A stretch of DNA of 62,616 bases, counting the filler, from Choristocarpus tenellus KU-1152 (taxonomy: Eukaryota > Protista > Phaeophyceae): assembly GCA_964200185.2 (NCBI GenBank). It is 8 parts of 8 records of this genome, joined end to end, with 100 filler letters (N's around TTAATTAATTAA, not from the genome) between each part and the next. Parts side by side here need not be neighbours in the genome. Positions count along the whole stretch, not along the records: positions 50,018 to 62,616 come from CAXNAD020001771.1; 7 more parts are not named here. One strand, given 5' to 3'. This document shows, piece by piece, positions 50,018-62,616 of the stretch. The position numbers were made by a program, and so were the translations under genes. The notes below the pieces were generated by a model. That model did not search any database and was not told the DNA's origin. It was given only the letters and a program-made list of their open reading frames with translations. Position 1 is the stretch's first letter. Every line of letters starts with the position of its first letter.

Positions 50018-53000
50018 GAAAAAATTGACCCCAAATGGACAGCCGCCACCCCCTCCCAGATACTTTGAGCCAATAGTAATTCGAAGTATTATTCCAACTA
50101 CACTGTGTTATAGTAGTGGCGGTCAATTGAATCCTTTCGATCAATCCATTGATGTCCAACATGAGGGGCCAAAGAGTATCTGCTCTTCCTCCGGTATACT
50201 GCTCACGTAATCATGAGCGAGATCTTGCCACAAACATGCCCCTTCTTTATGTAATCCAAACCGTTTGGTAAGGGACAATATAAAGCCACAAAAAACTGTG
50301 CTCACATTCTTGCCTATCTCTTGCCTTAAGATATTCTTATACAAAGCAAAAGTGTATCATTTTGTTTTGCACACATCCCAGCAATTGTTTCTGGTGATAG
50401 AAATGACTTTACATTTTTGTTTGCCACAGTGGAGAGAAACCCCCCCTCCCCCNNNNNNNNNATATCCCCTGTTTATTTTGTTAAACTCTCTTTCCTTTCA
50501 CTGACCCCCCCCCCCCCCCAAAGGAAAAGAGAAGTATATGTATACATGTATACCAGGGGATAATATATCTACATACTTCCAAAATATTATGACTGGGAAA
50601 AATTGGAAGGTGGTAATTTTTGAACTGCCATCGAGCTGTTGCACAGATCGCATTGTCGGACTCTGCCTGAGTCAGCAGTTCTAGGCCTCCACTCACTCAA
50701 AACAGTACATGTCAAGGCATAACAGAGAAATGAATGATGGCCATTTCAATCAGAATTCCTCCTGATGGATTTTATGATCCATAGTTCCAGGCATAAACTT
50801 GTACTACCTTCTAGGTGCACTTCCTTGGAATTGACGGAGCAGGTTACCGATTAGTCCATGCCCCAGGCAATATCACGCCTTGCATAAATATAAATAAACC
50901 ACTTCAGCGTTACAGGTGGAAAATCATCCATTGTCTGCACAACCAATGTTCTATATCAAAATGCCCTGAGAAGTGTCCTGGACGGCAGACTTTGTTCAGG
51001 AAATGCCCCCAACATTTGTCCTGGACTGTAAAAGTAATAGACTAGACAAGAAATATGCATCAGAGCATTTTATGATAAAGTACCCAGTCTTAGAGGAGGA
51101 TGTGTCTTACCATACAATGCAATGAATGTACTGTGTCACACATTACATGCTACACACATTGCATGAGAGGTCAATATACACAAAGGCAATGCTTCTTCCA
51201 AAACACAGCTTTGAACACATCTATTCTTCAATTGCTTCATTTTGATACTATCCACATCCAACAACGGCGGAAGGAAATACTTGGTAAACAATCGTGTCAC
51301 ACTATATGGCACAGTCGATGAATAGACAGTACATGGCGTTCTCAGGGCTGTTGTCTTGAACTGTGCAACCAGGAGACGGTTGATGAAGACATGAAATGAC
51401 CTTTTACATGTATCACTGTTGTGGAACATTTGTAGACGTTCTACTAAGTATACATCAGGTAGGGCCTTAGCAAGGACTGTACAATGGACAGGGTCATTTT
51501 GCTTGCCCCCATGAAAAGTACTGCTCCGTGTGCTCATTGGATTTCGGCCATTGAAAGATGTTGCCCAGTCCATTTTACACAATGAGGAGCTGGGAAATTC
51601 CCACCTCGCACACGCGTTGTCTTGTAGGAGAAGTAGCTCAAGTCAAGTGTTGTTGTATTGTTCACGCTTGATGATACTTTGACCGTCAACCCCATGTATC
51701 TCTATGGGTTTCTTGTTCAGAATTGTCTTAAACTGCGATCCTAATGGTGCCAGACCAGTGGAATCGTATCCTTGTAAATCCCTACCATTTGATACAAGGT
51801 GTGTGATAATATGTGCGTGAAACATAATATACTGTGTGTGTTTGATCCGACTTAACCGTTTCACATACTCGTCAGAACCGGCATAATTCCGCACCTTTAT
51901 CACTCGAGGAGTCACCTCCACAGCTAGCTCCATCCTTTTTGTAAAAAGCGATCTGCTTAATATATCTGTTTAAGGAGTATCGCTTCTCAAACGTTCTACA
52001 CAGTCCTGTGCCTTGTACAATGAATGGATAAAATGGAGGGTTGAGCATGCATCCTGAGTAATTGAACATTATAGCAAGTGATAGCTGACATTAGTACAGA
52101 GGAAATGATAACCCTGAGTGTTGCGATTGGCAAGAAATATTATTGTTTAGCAAGTGTAATCCAAGCAAGTGTTGCCCTGGAAACTGAACGTTGTGCTATG
52201 CAGCAACTGATTGGCTGTAGTGTCCTTGACAGCAGTTGTCTGGTAGACTGGACGTGGCTTCAAGTGTTGTACCAGGCAACAAAGGATCTATTAAAACTTC
52301 TTGTGTCCGCATCCTATTTATTCCATTATTTGGAAATGATTTTTTTTTTGGGCAATGCTAGCATCATTGAGCTTTGTCCCATACACAGGTGAAGATCTGT
52401 ACAGCAGCAGCCAATGATAGATGCTGTATTACACACGCACCACATGTACTGCATACTGCCCGACACACACATCTATCTCTTGACTTTTAAGGATATAGAG
52501 TAGAATGCCAGTCCTTCTTGTTGTCCTCTCGGTGACATCTATCCGCTCAAAAGAATGCCAGTTAGGCATGAAATAATAGTAGTAGATGGTGCGGTCAGTA
52601 GGAGAGACGAAGAAGCGTGGGATGGTCGGGACTCTCGACCAGGATATGATATACGTGTAACCGACGGCCCTGCCAAGGTGTTGACAACCCCTTGGTTTTT
52701 CTTTTTTTTATTAACCTTGTACAGGGGAGAATGCGCGGTCTCTAACTGAACGCGCGAGATTGATATTCACCACCAACTATATCATTCATACACATTTTCT
52801 TTATTCTGTGTTACTACTATTATAATACTTTTTTTTGGCCACGTGCTATTAATCTGCCAAGTGATCTTTGCACACGTCTTGATGAAACAAACAATGCAGA
52901 GTATATACAACGCGCACAACAACAGATGGGAGGGTGTGCATTATACCCATCATAGTTCAACCAACAGTAGTAGTAGCAGCAGTAGTGTTGATTGTGTTAT

Positions 53001-54144
53001 TCGTCTGTACACCACTATTATTGAAGTACTCTTGTTTTCTATACTATTAATGCTACCACTATACTATACCGTTGCTGTAATAGTAGGTGGAGGGTATCTC
53101 TGTCTCTCTTCTCGGCGCTCCACGCACGCCTTACCTCGTGCGCTAGCAGCAGAAATTGAAAACTTTCTACCCAGTTTCATTTACTAGGTGAACCCTACCT
53201 CTAATAACGAACATTTGGGGAAACCCGATTTCCATTTCCATTTCACCTACGATATGCACGCCTTCTGCAATGTATATCTTGCATGTTGTACAGCATAAGC
53301 GTGTTACTAAGGGGATGAGAATGGTAGTTCGAGCCGATGCGGAAGCGGCGGGAACATAAGCTACTCGATCCGAAGTTGAGGGTGTGAAAGTGGGAACCTT
53401 AGGCGATACAGAAGGTGCAGGAAGGCAAGATGATTGAACCGAAGTTGAGACGAGGGTCAGGTGCAGAAAAGGATACAAGGCAAAGGTGGCTGGGTCCAAG
53501 CCGAGAGGAAGAGGGTGCAATATCTTATTTGTTGGCCCAACACACTTGATGCTTCTCAGCGCCTCCCGTGGAGAGTTGTTGGTGAACGAATGGGTAGCAG
53601 GTGTCACAGTGTTTATGGCAGTCTGGCGGTGGAAGGGGGGGTTCCTGTATCTACCCAAGAAGGATGTTAATGCGACACGAACGACTAACGGGTCAGAGCA
53701 ATGCCAGCCATCAGGAAAAAAATCCGTTTCTGGGTCAATCATCTTATTGTAAGGCAAGACGAGGGACTTGAGGTAGGTAGGTCCCGATAAGTGTCGCGCG
53801 TGTGTGTGACGCCAGTTGCGCCTATCCGCACAACCCCGCTTCTAGCGACAACTACAAGCATTAGGTCGAGCCCACCGATTGCGATGGCACAAGTTGCTCA
53901 GTGCATTTGCTTAACCTTTGCGCTTCAGACCTGTCGTTCTTCTGCTTGATCACACTCACCGCTCCTTGTATCTCCCTTATCCTCTCAACCCACCCACGAC
54001 TCTCCAACTACTCCCACTCCCGTCACATTGGCCCTGCCTATCGACCGACTTTCTCTTGGCACCAAGGTCGACTCTGATTAACTTTCTCACCGTAACTAGC
54101 ACACCTCGTCCCACCCACTCATTACCTACTCTTCATCTTCCAAG

Positions 54145-57100
54145 GTTACGACTGGGGCAAACCCCTCAGTCGCCGTCGGTGGTGGGGTAGGTGCTGCTGC
54201 CCTGTTGAATGTGGAAGGGGGGACAGCCTCCAGAGTGGGGACCAGCAGCAAGGCCAGCGCGGAGCTTGTTGTGGCTGAGGTGGTGCGACTTTGGCCCTTG
54301 CTGAATCGCTATTTGAGATTGAGGGATGTCAAGAACGCCGTCGGGGTCGTGAGACAGTTGACACCCCATGTTGATGATGTTGTACATCAGCTGATGGGGA
54401 GCTTCCTCAAGTGTGTGGAGGCCGAGGAGCTAGTGAAACGTCTACGCGCCGAGGTAAGGCGTAGGAAAATGATCAGGGAGGCTGTTGATGAAATTGCCTG
54501 GGGTGGTGCTACAAGTGGTTGGACATGGTTTGGGGTAGGTGGTGTGAAATCCTGAACAGGTCTTGTATTGGCACGACCATGTGCAACTTATCCTACTATA
54601 GACTTGTATGAAGGTGGTGCTACTTTTAATTTTTTTGTGGTCTTGTCATGATGCTTGGTACTCTCTCCCGACTTATCACATCTTCACCATAATTTGTGCT
54701 GTTCTTCTTGCCTTCTACGCTGGAGTAGCTTGCTAGCCTACCGTATCAAAGCTGAAGTTTTCAAGACAGTGCACTTGATATGCTAGCTAGGGTTGTCAAT
54801 CGGGACCAAAATTAGATTGGCAGCATGTTACTATGACCAATAAGTGTGGTGATCTCATGCTTGACACGTTGCGCTTCCTACGAGCTGGGCACTGAAAATG
54901 AGAAAACAGCCAAGAAAAGTTGACCAGAATGGCAGCATTGAGGACTGAAGAGGACTGCGAACTGATTCTAGCATCTCGTGATCCTACTGCCAGTTGTACT
55001 ACTGGACTGTGCCATTTTAGAGGATGGTAAAAACCACAAACATTGAGCAGATCCTAAATCCCTCCCTACCATTTCATCGAAAGAGTCTTGTAGCACTGGT
55101 AGCGCACCAAGGGATATGTCCAGATTACTGATGTGATGCAATGTCAACACTCCAAATAAATTGTGGATATTAGGAGGAGTCATTTGCTGTCCTTGAAGTC
55201 ACCTGACAGTCACTCTGTACAAGTTTGTTCTAATGTAATGTATGGGTTGTATAGATGATGCAACTGGTCTTAAGGTTGTTGAAAATTTGGGCGGAGAGTG
55301 GGGGCACTGACAGAACTCCAGGTTGTGCTGAGATTAAGGTCTTGAGAAGGTTACAGAGCAAGTGCATTCTGTTGGCTCACCATAAGTGGTAGAGTACTCT
55401 GTTGATGGCAATGTTGCTATGTATTGATTGATACTTGTGCTGTTGTGCCCTGTATCCCCTCCATCTTATGTCCTTGTTCTTGTAGTTTTTGAAAGGAAAG
55501 TGTGGCCTTTAATTAGTTGTGTCATCTGCCCCAACAGTCGCATTGGTTCTATTAGTGCTGCAAAGCGGAGTGCCGTTTACCTTACCTGTGCACATGCTCT
55601 TTGTAGATGCATGCACCTACGAGTGATGTAGAGGGACCCTGAAATACGCAGGGATTAGTTAATGCCCGCAGGCTGGCTAGCCGGCCCCCTAGCCAGTGTT
55701 GAAACAAGAGGTGGCAACACAGTAATGTACAGACAACCTGACAGAGGGGAGAAGTGGACCCTGCAGTATCCGGGGCACAATGGGGTGTGGAATTTTAGGC
55801 CGAGAAAAAGCAAGTGGCAAGGTGAGCTGTTCTAGCTGAAGCTGCAAGGGGGAGGTTAGGAAGTCTAGCCCATGCAGAAGCGGCTGCAAGGTCAGCCAGT
55901 TCAATTGAAGCCAAGAGGAGAAGGGTGTTAGCTCTTTTACTTTCAGAACCCTGGAATTGTCCTCATCCCTTGCATTGGGACTTCATGGTGTGGAAATGTG
56001 GAGCAGGGTCTGCAGTGCTCACCGCGTTAGCTCCCCCTGGCCTGGTGCTGGGCAATCGCTGTGTGCAAATCTCAAGGGAAGACACTACGGCGTTTTTTCT
56101 TAAAGCTTGGGCCATCAGAAATTACAGCAGGGCTGGTGTTTGTGTTGGTCAGTTGTGTCAAGCACGTGGGAGACTCGATAGTAGGTATTATGTTGTTTCA
56201 TGAATTTGCCAAACTCGAGAAGCCTGTAGCCTGGGCTAGAATCAGAGGGGAGGAGATGCTTCACCAGGTACGGCCAGGTGCTCCAGCAGCACCAGGAGGA
56301 GGGACAAGGAGTGCCTGTGCCCATTCCAGTTTCTAGCTACAATAAGAACAAATTAGCAGACAGTATTGAACGGATCATAGGCCACGATTATGCCAGTCAC
56401 CATGAAACCGATCATGTTGTAGGTAACGATCTCAATGTCTGGCAAAATGGTTGGGTACAGGTGGGTAGACTCTGTGTCTGATGGCAATTACCACTATCCA
56501 AACAGCTTTCCTTCTTTTTTTTTGCGACGGCTGCAGGTCTATTTGTTTCTATTTCCATTATTATTGTTACTTTCCAGGCATGATCCTGCTGTCTCGTAGG
56601 AGGGTAGGAAAGAAGCCGTTGTTGCCTTGACACTGAACACCTATACCCCTGGTTCCCTACCTCACTCCATTTTTATGACGCACTGATTCTCTTGGTTGCA
56701 CCACGTGGGTCCCCACCATAGGCAGAGGACATCAAACAGGGGCACATGAAGGAGGTGTTCCGCTGCCAGTGCCTGGCCTCACAATCTCAGGAGGAGGTCA
56801 GCTCTCTGAGAATTGCCTTTGCAACCAAGGAAAACGAGGTCAATAAGGCCAGGGAGGAGGCAGAGAAGAAGTTGACCGCCACAGTGCAAGAGGTAACGCA
56901 CATTCTCATGAATGGATGGTAATCTCGATAGATGTCATACTGTGGAGGTTGGAATAGTGTGCAGTAAATTGTTATCACCCTCTCAAATGCCTGCTTTGCC
57001 CAGATACCAAATCTCTGGATCCAAAACGACTTTCAGACTCAACTCCAACGAGAGCCATGCCAATGAAATCTCATGCCTTCCCCAACCCCTCCTTGAGCCC

Positions 57101-60100
57101 CTGTGCATGTATTGCTCTGATGAACACATGACAACCTCCTTCTGAGGTTCCAGGTGGGAAAGGGAACTTTCTCGCACCCTGAACAATAGGGTAATGGTCA
57201 ACACCGCCAGTGTTACCCTGGAGCTTTCAGTCAGATTTGGCATATAACAGTCAAAATCCATTACAATGTTAGGTCTGTTTTTCTCTATATTTTCTGTTGC
57301 CCATGTAGCACCAGAGTCCATTTGCTCCATAGCACCCATTTCCTAGAACAAGGGTTATGCCTAGCGATTGATGCCAAGTCAATGCTTAGCATCCTTTGCT
57401 CCGTAAGGTCTGTATTGTTCTGAAGAATGTTTGGTTCCGCTTGCATGATTGTTTTTCCCGAGATCGACCCACTTCAGTATTACTGTTCTTTTCCGGCATT
57501 AGTTTGATAGTGCACAACAAGTCATCATCCCCCGTCCTTGGTCCCACCTCTTTGACCAATGAACATTACATCTTAAACCTGATCAAATAACAGTTGAAGC
57601 AGGCCGAGTATCGGGCCAAAGGACTCTCAAAGGAGATCTTCTGTCTAAATTCTGAACATCAGTTGATGAAGGCGGCGGCAACAGAGTCTGAGAAGACGTC
57701 AGAAGCTCAGGCAAAACTGGCCAGTTTGTCAGAGGAGAAAGTTAGGGCAATGTCTGTACAGGTATCCAACGCCCAGCGATCAGACGAGGAGAGCAAGGCT
57801 CTCAATGTGACTCTGACTGCAAGGATGACAGAGATGGAAATGGAGCTATCGGCAGCCAAGGCACAGGTGGATGAGTTCACTGAGCTTCGAAGGGCTCAGG
57901 TCGATGCTGCGAAAGAGGCTTCAGTCAGCCAGGAGATGACAGAGCTAAGGTGCTGTGTGCAGGCACTCCCCACCCTCAGGTTCTTTCCAAGACTCTTTGC
58001 ACAAACTCCTTGGGGCCACACCTATATAATCCATGTGTCAAATCCGGTTGATCGTTCATTCAGTCGCTATCTGAATGTCGGCGCCATTGTGTGGTTTTCA
58101 AGCGCAGTACGCATTCAAGTAAGCACCTGTTCATGGGCAGTCGGTTGGGTGAATGTGCACTGAAATCATTGCAGCATGGTGTTGGAAAAGCCACGGCCGA
58201 GAGTTCCAGTGTTTTGCGAATGTAGGGCACATAGATAGCATTCATTCAGAAATGGTATGCATACAGTATTTCAAAGTATTAAGATTTTGCTGTAGCTTTT
58301 CTAAGACAGGGCAACAGAGGGGAAGAATGAAAATTGGAAATACTAGCGATCAGTACTAGCGATCAGTAAGGCCAAGGTAGCCCCTTCAGCACAGAAAACA
58401 GTACAGGTCCCAACAGGCCTTGCAGGCTGGTTCGCAAAGGAGAAACCTCTGCACTAACCACGCTAACCCTAAGTAGCACCCCCACGTTGACCAAACCCAT
58501 GTTTGAAACAGGACAGACTGACTTGTAAGCAATCCCTCTCTCTTTTCTCACTTGAACTTCTCCTCCGGCTGTTCAGGCGTGACCTTGAGGAGCGCAATGA
58601 GAAGCTGGAACAACTGAGGATGTTCAATGAGGAGAAGGATGTTCTTCATGTGGTAGAAATGGGACGGCTCCTCTCTCAGGTGTTGCATCCTCTTACCCCT
58701 TTCTCCTTTGTCCTTCTCCCCTTGACAAAGCACAGCGCCAAACCCGCCTTGGAGAACGTTCCTTTAAGCCCTCTCATTGTCTGGTCATTAACCCCGTACC
58801 TATCTTGACTTGGAAAGGTGAGAGAGTCAGGGGAAGCCAAAGACCCGTTTTTGAGCACCAGGAAAACGTGGGACACTTCCGTCCCTGGAGACAGGCCTCC
58901 GTCGCCTCCCTCGCGCCAGGCAAGGCCAGTTCCTGGGCGGGACCATGGAATACTCAGCGCAGAAGGGGAGCGCGGGGTGAAGTCTTCTGGTCTCGGACTG
59001 GGATACAAGAGGGGGGGGGGGGGGAAGGGGGGGTGGGGCCGGGGGACGGCCCCCCCGGACAGCCTGAGCGGCATGGTGCATTTGATGCCCTTGCGGCTCA
59101 GTAGTGAAGAGAGGTAATTGTCTCTCCTTGTTGTGGTGAGAACAAACCATTCACCCCTCGAGTGCTGCGTCATCTCTCATAGGTTGGAGTTACTACAAGT
59201 TTCAAATGCTGCACTGTCCCATGTTCTGTCACCCTGTAGCCCTTGGTCTATCTGCTGTATGTGGTGGGGTGTGCCGAGCGCTGATCCCCCCTCAGCCTTG
59301 AAAATGCCTGCCTTCAAGTTGAAAGTGTGAAGTTGAACTGTTAATGACATGCTGCAGCAGGTGTGCTGAGCAGATAATGCTCCCTTAAAAACAGCCTCTC
59401 ATGTGCTGAAAGAAACGAACCCCTCTCTGCAACCTGCAGGACCCTGATGCAGGTGGTGCATAGTGCCGTCCCCTTTTTTGCAAGCAGCAGTGATGCATAT
59501 GGCGGGGGCGGTGGACGGCGGGTGTTGAGCAACAATCTGCAGTGAGAAGGGGGGAAGGGGAGAGGATAGGAGTTTGTAAGGGCGTGCAAAGAAGAACAAG
59601 GCTGGATGGGGACTGAATGGCAGTGGGGAATAGGCACAAACACAATATTTTGAATGAACGGAACTACTCGCTCTTCCCAAGAGAAGATACATGCTTTGTC
59701 CTTCCTACTCTCTCCCCTCAACGCTACCTCTGTATGCCCCGCCTGCACCACGTGCCTGTATCCGCTCTGACTCCCTCAACCCCAGGAGCTTGTCAAATGT
59801 CTTTAAGGCGTCCATGGATCTCTTGCCTCAGAGGACACTCCTTATGGCCAATTCCAACTTACGAGTGGAGACCGTGGCTGGAAAGGTAGGGGCCGAGGGT
59901 GGAAGGAGATGGGAGGTTTAGGGTTGGGGGGTGGGGGGTGGGGGGTGGGAAAGGGGTCAAGTTTCTTTGGTGGCGGATGTAATGGGAAATGTCGCAGGAG
60001 AAGGTGATTTGGCATGGGGGGGCACAACAAGATGAGTAAGGCGTACAGGGTGTCCATTCCAGCGTGAGAATGGAGCGCCCTGGGGCAGGAGCAAGAGCCA

Positions 60101-62303
60101 TGCCAGGGATTGAAGTGCAGCAGGGATCAGCATTAGAGGTCAAGACTGCTGGACACCGGAAAACACAGAGCGCCTTAATTTTCTCCCCACCTGTGTGAGG
60201 TCAACTCCAGTCTCGACCTCTTGTGCTGATACCTTTTCCACTTCCAGCCCTGGCATGGTCCTTGCCCCTGCCCCAAAACGCTCCCATTCCCATGCTGATG
60301 TCGACACCTCATGTGCCATGCTCACACCATTATGCCCTCCCCTGCCAGAATACATTCTCCTGTGATATTTCTGTGACAGCCGCTACAAAGCCTCCATCCC
60401 CCCTGTCGCTCCAGGACAATGCTCAAGGATTTTTTCTCCGTAATGTCTCGCTGTCTAGGCAATATTTTGTTTATTGTATCACCCAAAGGCCAAAGGCTAA
60501 TTTGTCCAAGGTTTGCACTTTTTATTACGGGGTACTCAGAGGACTGGACTAGTCATCTAAATTGAGTTAAAGTATATATTTTTATACTATCATGAAGTTT
60601 ACACCTGCTTGGTTGTCTCCCAAGACCTTTGATGGTATATAGGTGATGTGATCCACTTGTGCCTTGCCTTGGGCGCTCTTTATTCAAGGTACAATTCGGA
60701 CAGTTAAAGGCCTCTGAATCACCTCTCTGATCGAACATTGATGCAAGGTAAAGTATTTCCTTCTTGGATGTGGAATGTGCTGAGTCAAAGTATATGAGAG
60801 AGGTAAACAGGTTTTAGCCGATTAGCATTTAAAGTCTGTTCTTCAATATTTTGCACTTCACCCGTATTTCTATGGGTGGAGTTCTAAGTTTCACTTGAGA
60901 GCGTGTATTTCTCTATTGTTTAAAACTATTCCGGCACAATCCACAAAATATTCTACACACATTTGAAAAAAATTGTTGAATTTGTACATATTTGTCAACA
61001 TCCTTGAAATGCAACTCTGGTACCTCTCGTTTACTTTGACTCTGCTGTAGAATAACCCCACCCCCCTATGCCTTCTGTGTTTAGTGTCTGTTGCCTTATC
61101 TCGTGCTTCTGCTCCAATTTGATCTGTACGTGCTTGGGGTTTATTTCTGTAACCTCTGCCCCTGCATTTGTGTCAGATGTCTCTCCTCCCCGATCCTCAT
61201 CTCTGACTACGCAATCTGCTGCAACCCTCCACCCCCGGGGCTTGCAACCATTTCCTACGGCCTCATTAGGAGTATGTAGCCACGGATGCCTTTGAGGTAT
61301 TCAGGAGATGGAAAGCGACAAACCCGAGTAGGGAATCGGGACTGTATGCAAAGATGGTGCGTTTTCATTAACCACACAAGGATTGGGGTGGGGGGAGTTT
61401 GTTTTGTTCTAATTGCAGCAACTTGCACCTCTTGCACCTCTAGCACTTTTTGTGAAATCGATGTTTCCCTGGCAAATGTTGTCCTTTTTGTTTGGAAATC
61501 TAATTGTCCATTGATTAATTTGCGTGAGGGACAGATTCAAATAGTGTTTTGTCTGTTAGGTGTACATGTTGTTGTGTGTAGTGGCGACGGTAGTGCAGCA
61601 GGGCTTGTTTCTTGCTACTCCATGGTGCCAGTCTTTAGTGCTTTGACATGCTACATACAGTCTATACTATGTCAAGCGGCTTGGAGGGGGTCTGCAAACA
61701 TGGACAGAAGTGTGCCCTCTTTCTGCATTGGAGAGAATCCGATGTTATACCTGTATTGAACGACAATTGATAGAGTTGTATGGACTAGAAATTGTGAATT
61801 CCCGAGTCTCGGAACCTGAAGAAATCAAAACACAAGAGCCGTATCAGTTCACCGTTCTCTTTTTTGTGCTCTGTTCTTACAATGTGCTCCAATTTCAACT
61901 GTTCCGTGGTGCCACTGGGTGTTTTGTAGAGTTTCTGGCAGAGCAGGGACTTGAGAATTTGATATCCCTCAACTCAACAGACTCCAGACGCAAGTGGTGA
62001 ATCAAGGGTGGGTCTGGTTGGGGGCTGGCGAGAAGATGGCGATGGCTAGATTTTGGTGATGCCCAGGTTGAAGTTATTTCTCCCCATGACTGTATTTCGT
62101 CACATCACTTTGACAACTCCCTATGTAATACTCACGATTCCATCTGCCAACCCCCCCCCTGCCGTGCCCCTGAGATGGTTATGGTGTGCCCAATCCTCCC
62201 CTACCTACCCCACCGATTTCCATATTCCATAGATACACACACTGATGGACTTCCAGCAGAGGGCTCGCAAACGGGAGGGCTTCTCCTGTGTTGGGAAGAT
62301 TGT
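54145..62303 (+). CDS. Multi-exon coiled-coil protein of unknown function (partial); exons 54145-54453, 56722-56892, 57594-57949, 58577-58679, 58818-59113, 59440-59541, 59786-59885, 62233-~62303; possible first exon 53701-53772
   Basis: Eight GT-AG exons join with matching phases (0,0,2,0,2,2,0) into a stop-free frame rich in E/K/A/Q heptad-like sequence (ENEVNKAREEAEKKL, MTEMEMELSAAKAQVDEF, DLEERNEKLEQLRM). Confidence 0.8.
55950..56280 (+). pseudogene. PIF1-like helicase C-terminal remnant (probably Helitron-derived) inside an intron
   Basis: VLIP...W...CSPR*LPLAWCWAIAVCKSQGKTLRRFFLKLGPSEITAGLVFVLVSCVK resembles PIF1 motifs V-VI (R.QLPL.LAWAITIHKSQG.TL....DLG..E...G..FVALSRV). It has a stop and lost catalytic residues. 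Confidence 0.75.
60782..61042 (+). mobile_element. MITE subfamily C (intronic)
   Basis: GAGTCAAAGTATATGAGAGAGGTA...GGTACCTCTCGTTTACTTTGACTC, similar to the 37679 copy. Confidence 0.78.
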
Positions 62304-62616
62304 GTGAGTGGGTCCACCGTTGTACGAAGGGCTGAAATTGCGTGTTTTGTGCATGTATATGCATGGCAATGGTCCTGGGTCTGTTGGACACTTGAGAGTA
62401 CACTTTGCATGGGTGTGTGGTTCTTGGCAGATTTTGTCTCAGTTTTTCCTCTTCAAATTCAAGGGCAATGGACACACCATCTCTGTGAGGGCCAGAGTTG
62501 TGGGTTGGGAGGGTAAACGGGTGGTGGAGTTGTAGATAGTAAGGTGGAGTGCATAGTGTCTTGAGGCATACCTGGCCGGCCACGCCTACTGTGGACTATT
62601 TACTATTCCCCCCCCC

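Noticed and set aside
53167-53757. 196-aa minus-strand ORF as a gene
   Set aside because: It has no recognisable motif and overlaps the likely 5' region of the plus-strand coiled-coil gene.

Overview
This is eukaryotic nuclear DNA, most likely from a photosynthetic stramenopile such as a brown alga. The evidence is GT-AG introns with pyrimidine-rich acceptors, a bipartite plastid presequence and TTAGGG repeats. It is not one locus: seven artificial 100-bp linkers (N44-TTAATTAATTAA-N44) join eight contigs (1-8197, 8298-18594, 18695-21954, 22055-28595, 28696-34065, 34166-41263, 41364-49917, 50018-62616), so adjacency across linkers means nothing. Intron-containing genes I could reconstruct by hand with consistent splice phases are ESS2/DGCR14, a plastid-targeted membrane protein of unknown function, the complex I 20.9-kDa (NUXM-type) subunit, a TSTD2/TrhO-like rhodanese (5' truncated), NUDT1/MTH1 (3' truncated) and a long coiled-coil protein. 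There is one intact tRNA-Ala(CGC) and one degenerate tRNA with a GAT (Ile) anticodon. The rest is largely decayed mobile DNA: three Tc1/mariner-superfamily transposase remnants, Copia gag and protease remnants, a ~700-bp LTR family, a large PIF/Harbinger-like MITE family with shared TIRs, and a Helitron/PIF1 helicase remnant. I found no intact, clearly novel multi-gene system. The best leads are the G34 tRNA-Ile-like gene, a splice-acceptor-like motif upstream of three genes, the MITE family with relaxed 3-bp TSDs, and two decayed ORFs I cannot assign.
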